63,491 nt of DNA, filler included, from Globobulimina sp. (GCA_003354225.1; 48 parts of 48 records of this genome joined end to end with filler, not necessarily neighbours in it); one strand, 5' to 3'. Shown: positions 22,616 through 35,204, counted from the whole stretch's first letter. The notes: a model not told the origin generated them from the letters alone. Made by a program: numbers and translations.

Positions 22616-23758
22616 ATGTCAACCATGTCTCTTGCATCACTATTAGCGTTACTGTCAGTTTACGAATGTGGCTCATCCTCAGTACATTGGGATTACACTG
22701 AGCGACATCATAACGTGTCAGAGTGGGTTAAACATTGGCCAGAATGTGGCGGACAACATCAATCCCCAATTGATCTCATCAGTACATCAGACTGTAATGA
22801 ATTATTAACCTTAGATTGGACATCGGAAAGCTCGCATTTTGGGATAAGAAATAACGGCCATACATTGCATGTGGTCCCCTTAGAAATATCGCATAAAGGT
22901 GGTTCAGATATATCTGGCTTAGAAATATTACATCATACAAATGATACAAATATACGTTTAAAAAATTCATTTTATAACACCTATAAATCTGCGGTAAATG
23001 CAGGTAATTTTCATATTTTTTGTACACTTAGTTTCTGTGACAAATCCGCAACAAAAATACAAGTTTCTGTGACACATTTTGTACACATATTTTCTGTACA
23101 AAAAAACAACATATTTGCAACAAATTCGCAACAACGTTCACGTTAAATCACTTTGTATAAATTAATTACGCGTGAGATTAAATAAATATTTTTGTACATG
23201 TTCTCCGCACAAAATTCGTTAATAAAATTTGTTTTGAACTTTTTATACATAGAATATTGTTTTGATTCTTTGCATTTCCATTGGGGCACAACAGACGAAT
23301 ATGGCAGTGAACATGCCGTAAATGGCCAACATTTCCCATTAGAACTACATTTGGTACATTATTCCTGTGATTATTACACTGTCGAAACTGCGTTAAATGC
23401 CTATACACAAAGCAATGACTATGACGACCACAATATCTTAGCTGTAATTGCCGTATTATTCGAAGTTGGTGACGAAGCACATCCTGTTTTAGATAAAATA
23501 TTCAGTGATGTAATCATCGATGGCGTTTTGCAATATGTCGACCCCGAAAGTGAACATGACAATGTTTTGAAGCTATTTTATACAGAATTTGATATTAAAG
23601 ATTTATTGCCGACCAATCGAGAAATGTTTGCCTATATCGGCTCATTAACCACACCGCCATGCTACGAGACTGTACGTTGGCATATTATGAAAGAAAAAGT
23701 GAGTGTGACACCGGCGCAGTTAGCTGCATTTCGATCTATTTTGGAGTCTGCCAATATG
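22616..23758 (+). CDS. Secreted alpha-carbonic anhydrase; intron 23004-23252; 3' truncated
   Basis: Signal-like N-terminus, QSPIDL, NNGHT, SLHFHWG, GSEH, FPLELHLVH, GSLTTPPCYETVRW; phase-1 GT-AG intron joins the two ORFs. Confidence 0.93.
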
Positions 23759-24230
23759 NNNNNNNNNNNNNNNNNNNNNNNNNNNNNNNNNNNNNNNNNN
23801 NNTTAATTAATTAANNNNNNNNNNNNNNNNNNNNNNNNNNNNNNNNNNNNNNNNNNNNCAACGATCTTTATCTGCTTCACATTGCATCATTTTTTGTGCA
23901 ATACTCTCTGTATATACCAAAATATCTCGATCCTGGATAAATATCAATAATCAATATGACCAAAATTATTTTCATGACAACCACAACTGAACTATCATTA
24001 TTAAAACACATAATTTTACTGCTCATTGAATGCTTTGCAGACCATTCACTCAATAAATTAAATATTGTCCTTATAACTAATGTCCCAAAATATTCCATTA
24101 ATTTTATCTGATTTCTCATATCTTGAAAAAATGTCAATTGTAAACCAATTTTTATGTCATATGTGGTGAAAATTTGCAGTTTCAGAACAAAATATGAAAT
24201 ATCGGCTCAACGGCGGTTTGGTGACAGTAC

Positions 24231-24420
24231 AATTATACCCAATTACACCTATAATTATACTGTTATACCTATAATTATACTGTATTATACCGTTATACTT
24301 GTAATTATACCTATAATATAATGATATACTTGTAATTATACTGGTATAATGGGTATAATGAGTGTAATTATAGTGAATATAATATATATAATTGTAGGTA
24401 TAATGAATATAATTATACTC
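24231..24420. repeat. Degenerate AT-rich minisatellite with mirror (inverted) organisation
   Basis: ATTATAC-type units on the left switch to GTATAAT-type units (the reverse complement) on the right. Confidence 0.6.
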
Positions 24421-25687
24421 AGAAACAAATGCCAGAAAAATACTTTCTCTGCTGTGTGTTTATTGTGTGTTTTGTAGCGAGCAGTCATTGAAATATAAGT
24501 TTAGAGTTTTCACTGGCTTCACGAACTTTTTTCATTGGCTGGCTCATATGCAGCTGCATTTCATAACCATAATTGTAAGTTATGTTATAAATAACTTCGG
24601 CACTAGATAATTGACTCATTTTATTATTCAAAATTGACTTATTTTCACAGTTAAATGTTTATCTGTTTTGCGCGTCGGATATAGCAGGAAAGCCCTGTCA
24701 CGCTGGAACCTCTGGTCCAGTGAACTTTAGTTCACTGGAGTTCACTTTTGCAAAACATTTTACTCACTAACTGTGGGAAATAAATCAAAAAGTCACTGCT
24801 TTAAATGATATGGTACATCAGATGATGTTTTTGATAGCACAAATCTGACACTTTTAGATATAAAAAGGTAAATATCACGTGGTAAATATTAATCAGATGT
24901 TGTTTAAAATAAATATTAAATAGTAGTTGGTGGAAAACGTATTCCTAAACCAGCCATTGAATCTATTCTTTTCACAAAAGATCATAATGCAACTAAAAAT
25001 AAGGCTAAAATTATACGTGTGGCAAATAAAAATGAAATTGTTTACAAAGAAATCAATTCTTTGTTTAATCAAAGAGCAAATATNNNNNNNNNNNNNNNNN
25101 NNNNNNNNNNNNNNNNNNNNNNNNNNNTTAATTAATTAANNNNNNNNNNNNNNNNNNNNNNNNNNNNNNNNNNNNNNNNNNNNAATGGAGCAATATTACA
25201 TGGTGATGCTGGTGCTGTTAATCAAGATACATTGGATGGAGATGATAATATAATTTATGAAATGGATGATGCAATGAGTGAGATATTGGCATTACGAGGA
25301 TTAAATATATCTGATTTAAGACCCTATGACAATAAAAAACAATATCGATTACGAAATAAACAAAAACAACTCGCACAAGCTATATTTTGGATTGCTGTTG
25401 GTGCCATGTTTGTTTTTGTTGTACCAAAATATTTGGGCAAACCAAAAAGATAAAAATAGTTTGCTGTTAATTTGTATGCCACTGATTGCCACAGTTTAAA
25501 GCTTTTAAATATTTTATGTTTGTTTCTCAGTACTTCTTTTCAGTTTTTTATTAAGTAACACCATGCAACTAAACAGCCATTGGAAGAATATTGGGGAGTT
25601 GATACCTACATCGTCAATGAATATTTGCTGACATCATCCATGTGATCATAATATATCTTAATATTATTAATTAATATATTCTAAAAT

Positions 25688-26221
25688 ATGAGTTATAGAG
25701 CCGGTGGCAGAACAGCGTTATATCGAAAGAGTGGACATCACCGAGAGCATGAAAGACAATATCATCGCCCCGGCGTCTCCCAAGATGAAATTAGCGAATT
25801 ACGGGAAGCATTTGACTTATTTGATACAGAGAAATCAGGAACTATTCAAATATCCGAATTAAAGCACTCAATGAATTCATTAAGTTATGATCGGAAAAAC
25901 AAAATCATCCATCAAATCTTAAATAAACTGGATAATTTAAAACAAGATAGAATTGATTTTGAAGAGTTTTTAGATTTAATGACCGCTCGAATTTCTGATA
26001 AAGATTCAAAAGAAAATATAAATAAAGTGTTTGAATTGTTTGATGATGACGGAAAGGGACATATCACCGTGGAAGATTTAAAAAAAGTCACTCAACAATT
26101 AGGCGAAGAAATGTCTGACGAAGAACTAAAGGAAATGATTGAAAGAGCAGACAACGATGGCAAAGGATACGTGAATGCTGACGAATTCTTCAATATTATG
26201 ACAAAGAAAACATTTACGTGA
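25688..26221 (+). CDS. Centrin/caltractin (ICL1-like subfamily), complete and intronless
   Basis: Four EF-hand regions; YHRPGVSQDEISELREAFDLFD, TARISDKDS, EMIERAD, FNIMTKKTF. Confidence 0.9.
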   Translation: MSYRAGGRTALYRKSGHHREHERQYHRPGVSQDEISELREAFDLFDTEKSGTIQISELKHSMNSLSYDRKNKIIHQILNKLDNLKQDRIDFEEFLDLMTARISDKDSKENINKVFELFDDDGKGHITVEDLKKVTQQLGEEMSDEELKEMIERADNDGKGYVNADEFFNIMTKKTFT

Positions 26222-28076
26222 TTGTAAACAAAATCTATTTGTATATCAACAAACAGCTAATTTTTTAAAAACACAACTTATATCGTTTCATTCGTTTGAG
26301 CCCTCTCCTATTTGCTGCATTCATTAATGACATGATCGACCTCCTACAAACCTCACAAATGGGCGCTACCTCGCCTGATCCAAATGAATTAATAGCTTGC
26401 ATCTTTTANNNNNNNNNNNNNNNNNNNNNNNNNNNNNNNNNNNNNNNNNNNNTTAATTAATTAANNNNNNNNNNNNNNNNNNNNNNNNNNNNNNNNNNNN
26501 NNNNNNNNCATGGTCTAAACAATGTACAGTTATTTATGGAATAAATAAAAGCAGAATCAAATGAAACTGAAATTTAATTTATCGGTCCAAAACCAATTAA
26601 TATCATCCGACACTTTAAACAATCGCAGCATGTTCAATTTTATCCAATGTGAGTCTCTTCAACATCGCCACCTCAATACTGCCGTAGTTCCGTTTCCTGG
26701 GAATACAAATTAATATTTACACGGATTTGCTATATTTAATTTATGGATAATGCCATATATCCGTCAAGTTTCCACAATAAGCTAGGCAATAAATTAAGAG
26801 TTATTGGACACATTATGTAATGTTTAAGTACTCATAATATGCTTATTCAACCAATCAAATATTTCGAACAGACGTACGTTAAAGTTACAACTATCTCTGA
26901 TGCCCCCCGCTGATCAAATTTTCGATTGGAACCGAGTCGGTGATTGGCATTACAGCACCATCTCAGTTATGTATTTCTATATTGATTCATATCATAAATA
27001 TTATTGACATATATATATATATGTTTAGATGTTAATGGCTTTATTCATCATGATATGCTGCGTATGTATGGGTATGTATTTCCTTGTCGATAGGGTATGT
27101 TTTAATATTCTTTTAATTAAAAACAATTTAAATGATTAATGATAGGACTTATTTGTATCAATCAGGCGCATGCTCGCGACGAAAGGCAGCAGAAAAAGGC
27201 ACAACACAAACGAATGCAACATTTTATGCAATATGGTCATTTCCCAGACGATAAAATAGCAGATAACTTATACAAAAATGGCAAACAACAATATACAAAC
27301 AGACGACCACCCAAAACGTATTAATATAAATACAAATATTATTATAGCTATACAACATTACTTATTTCGGATTTCGCAGTTAATAATTTTTAATTATAAC
27401 AGAAAACTCTTTGGCTCTCATATCTGTCCAAACAAATCTATCTTGTAAATAATTATTTTTTTTGTCGCAGCGATGATATCATTTGTTTTATATTGCCGTA
27501 CTGCTTTCTGGTAGTAACAATATTGACTGATTTCACTTCGTTCAAAGATTCAATATCTGCAGCAAATGATTTAATTGTTGAATTGCTAGATCTTATTATT
27601 TGGTGTTATATGATAAAATCTCTATTGATCCCGATCCATTAAAACTCTCCATACATACAGCAACATAATATTTTCCTTTCTTAATCTTTGACAAAACAAT
27701 ATTATGGTGGAGTGTATATGATCTCTAAAGGGGNNNNNNNNNNNNNNNNNNNNNNNNNNNNNNNNNNNNNNNNNNNNTTAATTAATTAANNNNNNNNNNN
27801 NNNNNNNNNNNNNNNNNNNNNNNNNNNNNNNNNACGTTGTCTTTCCATACGCAAAAATTTGAAGAAAAAAACAGTAAAAAAACTCACAAAACCATGGGCA
27901 ATAAGTTAATATTACGTATATATTGAGAATATTTAAACTTATTTGTTAATAATCTATGTTAATATAGGAACGATACAGTACACGAACAAAAGCAGCAACG
28001 CTCCAAACGCAACACCAACAATAAATGCAATAAACCGTCGCCCGATGGCCAAAGTAATAATTTTATTTTCAAAGCA

Positions 28077-28829
28077 ATGGAAAAGAATACAAAGAATGGC
28101 AAGGATGTTATTGAAACCACATTGGATCAGCGACGTATTGTATTTGTTAGCTTAATTGGTCTGTATTTGTGTTGGAAATCAGTGCCAGCCGCTTCTTTGT
28201 ACAATTCCTTACTTTTAATCCCATTCAAAAAAGTATGGGTTTATGAGCCAATAAAATATGAAAATGAATTAAAGCAATCATTTCTTGATATTGTTGCCAA
28301 ATTCGGTGATAAAACGGATTTAAATGCAGCAAATATCAGAGATTTTTTACAATTTCTAAAATGGAAACATTCGCAAGGTTTAGTGATTTGGATCGTTGAT
28401 CATTTTGGAGGCTCTGACCACAAATTCGCTTTTCCCAAACATTCATCCATGATTTCACCTTTTTGGCATTGTGTAAGCGATAAATTGTGCTCTTTATATA
28501 ATAATATATCTGCTTCAAATTACGCGCCACTCCGTTTTGAAGAGAAATGGTGGAAAAATAAAGCAAAATTTGTCAGTAAATATGACACAAAATATGCTCA
28601 AATCTCCAGTGAATATCAGTTTGTTACAATGAATTACAAAGCAATGTGTGAGATTTTATATCAATCCAATCCAAAATCATTACGTCCGGTGATTGTGTAC
28701 AGAAACAGATCAAATACAAAATGTTTATTAACCGCAAATAATAAAAAAGCAATCACAAATTCTAAATCAATGAATAACAGATCTGTAATGTCACCGTTGT
28801 CGCCAATAAAAGAAGTATTTAATATTTAG
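28077..28829 (+). CDS. Hypothetical protein
   Basis: 250-aa ORF, no recognisable motif. Confidence 0.45.
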   Translation: MEKNTKNGKDVIETTLDQRRIVFVSLIGLYLCWKSVPAASLYNSLLLIPFKKVWVYEPIKYENELKQSFLDIVAKFGDKTDLNAANIRDFLQFLKWKHSQGLVIWIVDHFGGSDHKFAFPKHSSMISPFWHCVSDKLCSLYNNISASNYAPLRFEEKWWKNKAKFVSKYDTKYAQISSEYQFVTMNYKAMCEILYQSNPKSLRPVIVYRNRSNTKCLLTANNKKAITNSKSMNNRSVMSPLSPIKEVFNI

Positions 28830-29167
28830 AAAAACTAAAATTGTATCAATTTATATGTTTTTAGCTATGTCAATCATAAAACACGTGTTTAAAATATTTT
28901 TAGCTATGTCAATATATATTTTATATAAATATTTTTTTTTCGTGTGATAAACACGTGTTTTGTAAAATGTTTTGTGTTTTTGTGTCGTGTCGTGTTTAAT
29001 TTTGCATCTTTTTGTGTCGTGTTTGCGTGTTTTTGTAAGTCTATGTTTTTTTGTATTANNNNNNNNNNNNNNNNNNNNNNNNNNNNNNNNNNNNNNNNNN
29101 NNTTAATTAATTAANNNNNNNNNNNNNNNNNNNNNNNNNNNNNNNNNNNNNNNNNNNNGGTAAACAT

Positions 29168-30383
29168 GTGATGCATATTGATTTTGATCAATCGCAATGT
29201 ACCATATATTTTGAGCAATCAACGCAAGATCAAAGTTGTAATCAAGCAATTGTAATACCAATAAATATGACTTATAAATCAATTACAGATAATTATTATG
29301 AATTTGCTGTATATTCATTTGATACAGAGATAATATCAGCAATACCACCATTTATAAAGAGAAAAATCCAAACCATTGATGTTTTGTTTCCGGACTCTGT
29401 AGCATTCGGCGGATATATTCCAATCAGAATCGATATCATTGATAATATAATAGTTCAGCCAACATCAACAATAAAAGTACGCTCGAATGAATTAACAATT
29501 GATGCGACAATATATGTTTTCTATGTTATGCCATCCTCAAAAATATATGAATATGAATATTATTATGACTATTATGATTATGATAATTATGAATATATTA
29601 TGGAGTGTTATATAGTTGATCATAATACAGATACAAATACAAATGAGACCTGCGAAAAGGGTCTGGGTCCTATATACGTAAGAAACGACGCATCAAATAG
29701 TAAGTTAAAAGATACCATACACTTATCATCACAGGATACATTCTTATTGAATGAAGAAAGTGTGGTGGCAGTGATTGAAGGCGAGTTAATTGAATATAAC
29801 CATTGGATTATTATGAGTGATTCGGGCAATATAATAAAATCAATATGTCCACATCACGATTGCTGCCAAGCTGTTGAAGGCTGCATTTATTTTCCTGACG
29901 AAGTAGAAGAACACAATGATTATTTATGTGCAGATAACAGAAATCACAGTATACCTTTATGTGGTGCTTGTGATAATAATTATGCACAGATATTTAATTC
30001 AGCAAATTGCAAACAATGTGATGCAGATCATTGGCAATATTTATTGTTTCCTTTTTTAATCTCCTTTAGTATAGTTTTTATTATAATTTTATTTGATACA
30101 TCACCCTCACAATCACAATCCAAACAGCATCAACAGCGCTCGAGACAAGAAAAAGAAACTGAAGCAATGCTAATTGTAATATTTAGAATATCGATATTAT
30201 TTTATCAAAGCATTAATTATATACTATGGCAGGCTGGCTATAGATTTTGGGCAACAATAATTGTACAAATATTGGCATTAGATTCATATTTTTGGTTTTA
30301 TATATTGGGCTATCCAGGCCTTGATGGTGTGTGTTTTCTAAAAAATCTAACTTTAATGCAATATTATGGATTGTATTTATATT
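29168..30383 (+). CDS. Receptor-like protein fragment: ectodomain, Cys-rich juxtamembrane module, then several TM helices
   Basis: CPHHDCC...CADNR...LCGACDNNY...CKQC followed by hydrophobic helices. Confidence 0.65.
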
Positions 30384-30612
30384 NNNNNNNNNNNNNNNNN
30401 NNNNNNNNNNNNNNNNNNNNNNNNNNNTTAATTAATTAANNNNNNNNNNNNNNNNNNNNNNNNNNNNNNNNNNNNNNNNNNNNAAAAAGAAAAATGTCAA
30501 CCAATTATGAATAGAGGATTTAGTGTCGCAGTTTATTTTCTGCGGCGTAAAAACAAAGATAAAGTGTCAAAAAAGAAAAATGAGGTAAGATTATACTTTC
30601 TGAAAAATGCAA

Positions 30613-31700
30613 TTATTTTTGCAATGCTTGCCACTGTTTAAATATTGATTGTATAGCAAACAATGCACCAAATGGCAACTCAATTTTATTTGGTGTGCGT
30701 AGATTTGTATTTATTTTTGACTCTTCTGCGGAAATATTTATTCTAATAAATGTATCAACCATATTTGAGGCAGCATTTGATTCAGAGTCATGTCTTATTC
30801 TCGGCACTTTCCCACCAGCGCCCATTTCGATTACACAAACATTATTTGCTTTGTTTTTTGTTAATCTGTTTCTCCAATCTTTTAATCTTTCATATTGCTC
30901 AGAAACACGATCAGATTTAAATCCAAAATCATTAAACATTAATATATTTGGTCTGGCTATCACTTTGTCGTTATTTGAGCATCTTTTACCAATGAATTTC
31001 AATAAACATTTTGGAATCATATCCTCTTTGACTTGGAATGTATTCTCATCAATTTGCAAATCATTCAGCCACTCCTTCCTATAATGAATGCCATTCAATT
31101 GACACAATGTCTCAATGCTTATGATTCCTGTCCTATATTCACCAATTTCTTCACAAGCAACACATGCTGGATCTGTGCATTGCAAATAATGAATAGATCC
31201 ATGGCATTCAACAATTCTATGTTTGTCATAGCCAGCTTTAAAAAAGTGGCCATCCACATTCGAAGTAAAAACAAAGTAACCAAAAGGTGCAGTATTTGCC
31301 ATTTCCAGCAGCATTTTATATCCGTTGTGGGGATCTGTTGATTCATATAATTTTAATCGATGTCCATAAAATCCCCATGCAAGTTTGGGATCCAATTCAA
31401 ACCATTCCGGATTTGCCATATCTGTAAACTGAATATTTAATTTTTGTAATGGTGGATAAGCTCTCCAAAAGCCTTTGTTACTTCGGAACTAATTTATCAT
31501 TGAAAATTTAAGTCCAGATTAAATATATGTATTTCATACAACAACCAACATACATCAGGCAATCCACTGTCTACACCCATTCCAGCGCCAGCGGTAATAT
31601 ATATTGCATCTGCTTTAAATATAGCATTCGCAGCTTTTTTGAATAGTTGCTGATGCTCGTTTGAAACTGTGGTGAATGATCTCTTTGCCATGAACAACAT
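30613..31700 (-). CDS. Sir2-family NAD-dependent deacylase (bacterial-like subgroup); intron 31489-31553
   Basis: ITAGAGMGVDSGLPD|FRSNKGFW, FTSNVDGHF, ECHGSIHYLQC, ARPNILMF, IEMGAG; 65-nt phase-0 GT-AG intron. Confidence 0.92.
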
Positions 31701-31808
31701 AATTTTGTNNNNNNNNNNNNNNNNNNNNNNNNNNNNNNNNNNNNNNNNNNNNTTAATTAATTAANNNNNNNNNNNNNNNNNNNNNNNNNNNNNNNNNNNN
31801 NNNNNNNN

Positions 31809-32641
31809 CATCAATATTATGGAAATCGTGCAGATTGGACCTTGCTAGATTTTGTAAAAAGATCTAATTTAGATAAAATCATCAAAGATATTAATGAATC
31901 ATTGTCCATTGTTGCTGAACAGTTATCAGCAGATTCATATGATATTTTAGGTATCGTTTTTTTGCAAAATGGCAGTACTCTTTGGAATGTACAACAATAC
32001 ACAACAAAATATTGATTGTAGGCGAAACTAGTTCAACATATGGTGGTGGTTCAGCTAATTTGTCATCGGAATTTATTGCAGGATTTTTGTGGTTGGACAA
32101 ACTGGGCTTATCAGCTGGGTTGTGACTACATGTGGTGACAAGACAAGATTTCTGGGGTGGCAATTATGGTTTAATTGGAAACCAATAAAAAGATTTTAAT
32201 CCCAATCCAGATTATTGGTCGTCATATTTATTTAAAAATTTGGTGGGTAATAAAGTGTTGTATGTTGATGGTGAGTTTGTGTATGGAAGAAGTATAAGAA
32301 CATATGCATGTTGTACAAGGATAAAAAACAATGGATCGATATTTGATTATAATATCGGTGATGTGACTGTGATGATATTAAATGTCGAAAATAATACAGT
32401 TAGTGTTAATTTAAGTGGTGTCGAAGGAGATAAATATGATAAATATTTATTGACATCATATCCAAATGTTATACAATCAAGAGATATATTTTTAAATGGG
32501 GAGGTTTTGAAAATGGTGAATGATAAAACCTTTCCAATCATGAAACCTGATACAGTGAATAGTGGAAGTACGATAAATATGGAGGCGTTATCATATGGAT
32601 TTGTAGTTGTTGTAAATGCAAATGCAATTACATGCTTATGA
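31809..32641 (+). pseudogene. Heparanase-like GH79 glycoside hydrolase (C-terminal half); intron 31951-32021; in-frame stops at 32123 (TGA) and 32186 (TAA)
   Basis: Spliced frame reads HQYY...[12 protein letters not shown]...[30 protein letters not shown]...*..PNPDYWSSYLFKNLVGNKVL...YACC, matching the heparanase consensus. Confidence 0.88.
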
Positions 32642-33220
32642 AATAATCATTTATGTAGCGTTGATAATAATTTAAAGTTTTTTATCTTCGCACTCAGTGC
32701 ACCGAAAGATCATGTCAACAGATAGTATGTTTGATGTATCAGTACATTATGACACCATTATTCACAAAGCACGACCAAAACAATTGAGAAAATTCATTAA
32801 TGCTTTGGATGATAAGTGTTTAAAGAATATGATTGGAATGTTCATAAATTCAATGATTAAACAACCAAATTACAATAAAATGACAGCGGCCCAAACACGA
32901 AAAAAAATGGAAGGAAAGAACGTGTTGTGATTTTCTTCAAATGTTGTGCAGACCAATAACCATATTTCCTAGTCCCCAAAGATGTGCCTAACACAAATCT
33001 GTGCTTCACAGCTTCCAAATAGTGGTGGAAGTTNNNNNNNNNNNNNNNNNNNNNNNNNNNNNNNNNNNNNNNNNNNNTTAATTAATTAANNNNNNNNNNN
33101 NNNNNNNNNNNNNNNNNNNNNNNNNNNNNNNNNTGTATTACAAAAATAAATATAAGAAAGATAAAAAAAAAGTTATAATAATGTAATAATATATCACATG
33201 CTATTTAATTATGATGCAGG

Positions 33221-34174
33221 TCATCTGCGAGAATCGTCACTATCCAAAGTATATCCCGTATCATCTCTAGTATCATCTTTACCCATTTTCCCACGCACCC
33301 ATCCATAAGAAATCTCACATCCCGCCTTGGTATACGCACATAAACCATATGTCCAAAATCCCCATTGTGGCGTATGCTGTTTTACCAATTTCCAATCTCT
33401 CGCCTCTTTCTCCATACGCATGGCACTCATAACATATCCAATGATACAATACAATAAAAACCCTACAAATGCACTGTAGAAATACATACATATACACATA
33501 TATTATATAATTTGTACACATAAATATACGCAAATAGCTCAACAGTATCAATACAACTGAGCCTGTGCCCAATCCGTCAGTATCAAAGGCAGCGGCATCA
33601 TGATGTTCTTCCCCCTCTACACAGGCATACACAGAGCGTATAGTCAATTCATGGAAACATTCATCGCCGTTGACTGTACCGCACGTGGTTTGCAAACTAA
33701 ATGGCTGCGCTGTTTCGTCGCATTGCCATATGATATGGAATCTGCGTGTTCCGCCAGAACACGACTGACCGTCACCGTTTTCGTATTCAAATGTCCACGT
33801 AAATGGGTCATCGCCATTCTTTCGAAATAATGGTTTTGTGTCACCATCATCCCATTCTGCTAAATAATAGGCACATTGACCATTGTTACGATTGAAATAT
33901 ACCGATTGATATCGTATACCGTTGCACAATGCATAGGACATGCATGGAGTGTATCCTTTGGGTGTTTGTATTGTATGTTTACAACTATGATTATATGTAT
34001 ATGTATAGAGATATATTATAAGCAATAACCGTATGCATGGTCTCCGTCAAGACACTGTATTTCATATCCTTGGGCGCCTTGTAATGAAAAATCATCCCAT
34101 TGACAATTGGACGTAAATTGACTCAATGTTGGATTTAGTACTAAAAACAAAAAAGCTAAACACAAAATTGCCAT
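33221..34174 (-). CDS. ATG27 / cation-dependent mannose-6-phosphate-receptor-like type I membrane protein (MRH domain); introns 33956-34029 and 33474-33543
   Basis: Signal peptide MAILCLAFLFLV; YENGDGQSC...RRFHIIWQCD...ECFHELTIRSVYAC; GLGTGSVVLIL TM helix; PQWGFW tail. Confidence 0.75.
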
Positions 34175-34460
34175 TCTTCAACGTACACCTTTTTTTAAGC
34201 TAGTAACTTTGATCAAATCTTTTATTTTCATTTATCAGAATAACAGAATAACAGAATCACGGATTCCATTCTTCTTACACAAAAGAAAGTATTACCATCT
34301 GTTTTATGCGTCGAAGGAAACATCGGCTCAGGTTTATACATAATATCTTTTATCCAAANNNNNNNNNNNNNNNNNNNNNNNNNNNNNNNNNNNNNNNNNN
34401 NNTTAATTAATTAANNNNNNNNNNNNNNNNNNNNNNNNNNNNNNNNNNNNNNNNNNNNCC

Positions 34461-34634
34461 CTCGTCGAAGGTGATATTATTAGAATGAATATTGATTTGG
34501 ATGCGTTATTATTATCATTTAATATCAATAATAAAGATTATGGAAAGGCATTCAATATAAAAAAAAGCAAATACAGAGCAGCAGTCAGTATTTATGAGAC
34601 AGGCTCTTCAATTGAATTAATATCAGCTACATAA
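34461..34634 (+). CDS. C-terminal end of a SPRY/B30.2-like domain
   Basis: GDIIRMNIDLD...LSFNINNKDYGKAF...YRAAVSI. Confidence 0.7.
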   Translation, partial: LVEGDIIRMNIDLDALLLSFNINNKDYGKAFNIKKSKYRAAVSIYETGSSIELISAT

Positions 34635-35204
34635 CTAAACTGACGATCGATTTATAATTTACTTTAATTGTTTGTGTGTTTCTAGTTTGAAACCAATTTT
34701 GTACAGCTTATAATCGGTTATATGTCGCGTATCTTATTATCATTCATCCACAACAACACAAAAAAATATACACATTACAAATAAGTAAATACAGGGCAAC
34801 AGTCAGTATTTATCCCCATAGAGAGTAGTATACGTCGTATGTGTATCTCTTTGGTTTCTAAACCTTAGGGTCTTTTGTTTTATTCGTATCTTACGAACCG
34901 TCTCACACATCGTGACACATATTGTCTATTGGTTCTTTTCTTTCGTTGTTTGCGGTCTTTTTTGGAGATTATTCGTTAATTAATGTGAAGAGAGAGGATA
35001 GATAAATTAATTAATTATTATTAATGCTGAGTCACGAAATATGACATTGTGTTAAATAAATGTCGATCCAATCGGCTGTTATTAAAACAGCAACCAATGG
35101 GATAAAATCAGTATAAAATCAGTGATTCAGTTTCATTGGTTCGCGTGCGAAAAACACATTTTTTTAAGTTGCCAGTCTTAAGTTTTTGTCTTAATTCTAG
35201 TAAA

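Noticed and set aside
4589-32188. Alternative nuclear genetic code (TAA or TGA reassigned) explaining the in-frame stops
   Set aside because: TAA, TAG and TGA each terminate conserved genes at the expected place (GnT-I, RPC2, centrin), and most long ORFs have no internal stops.
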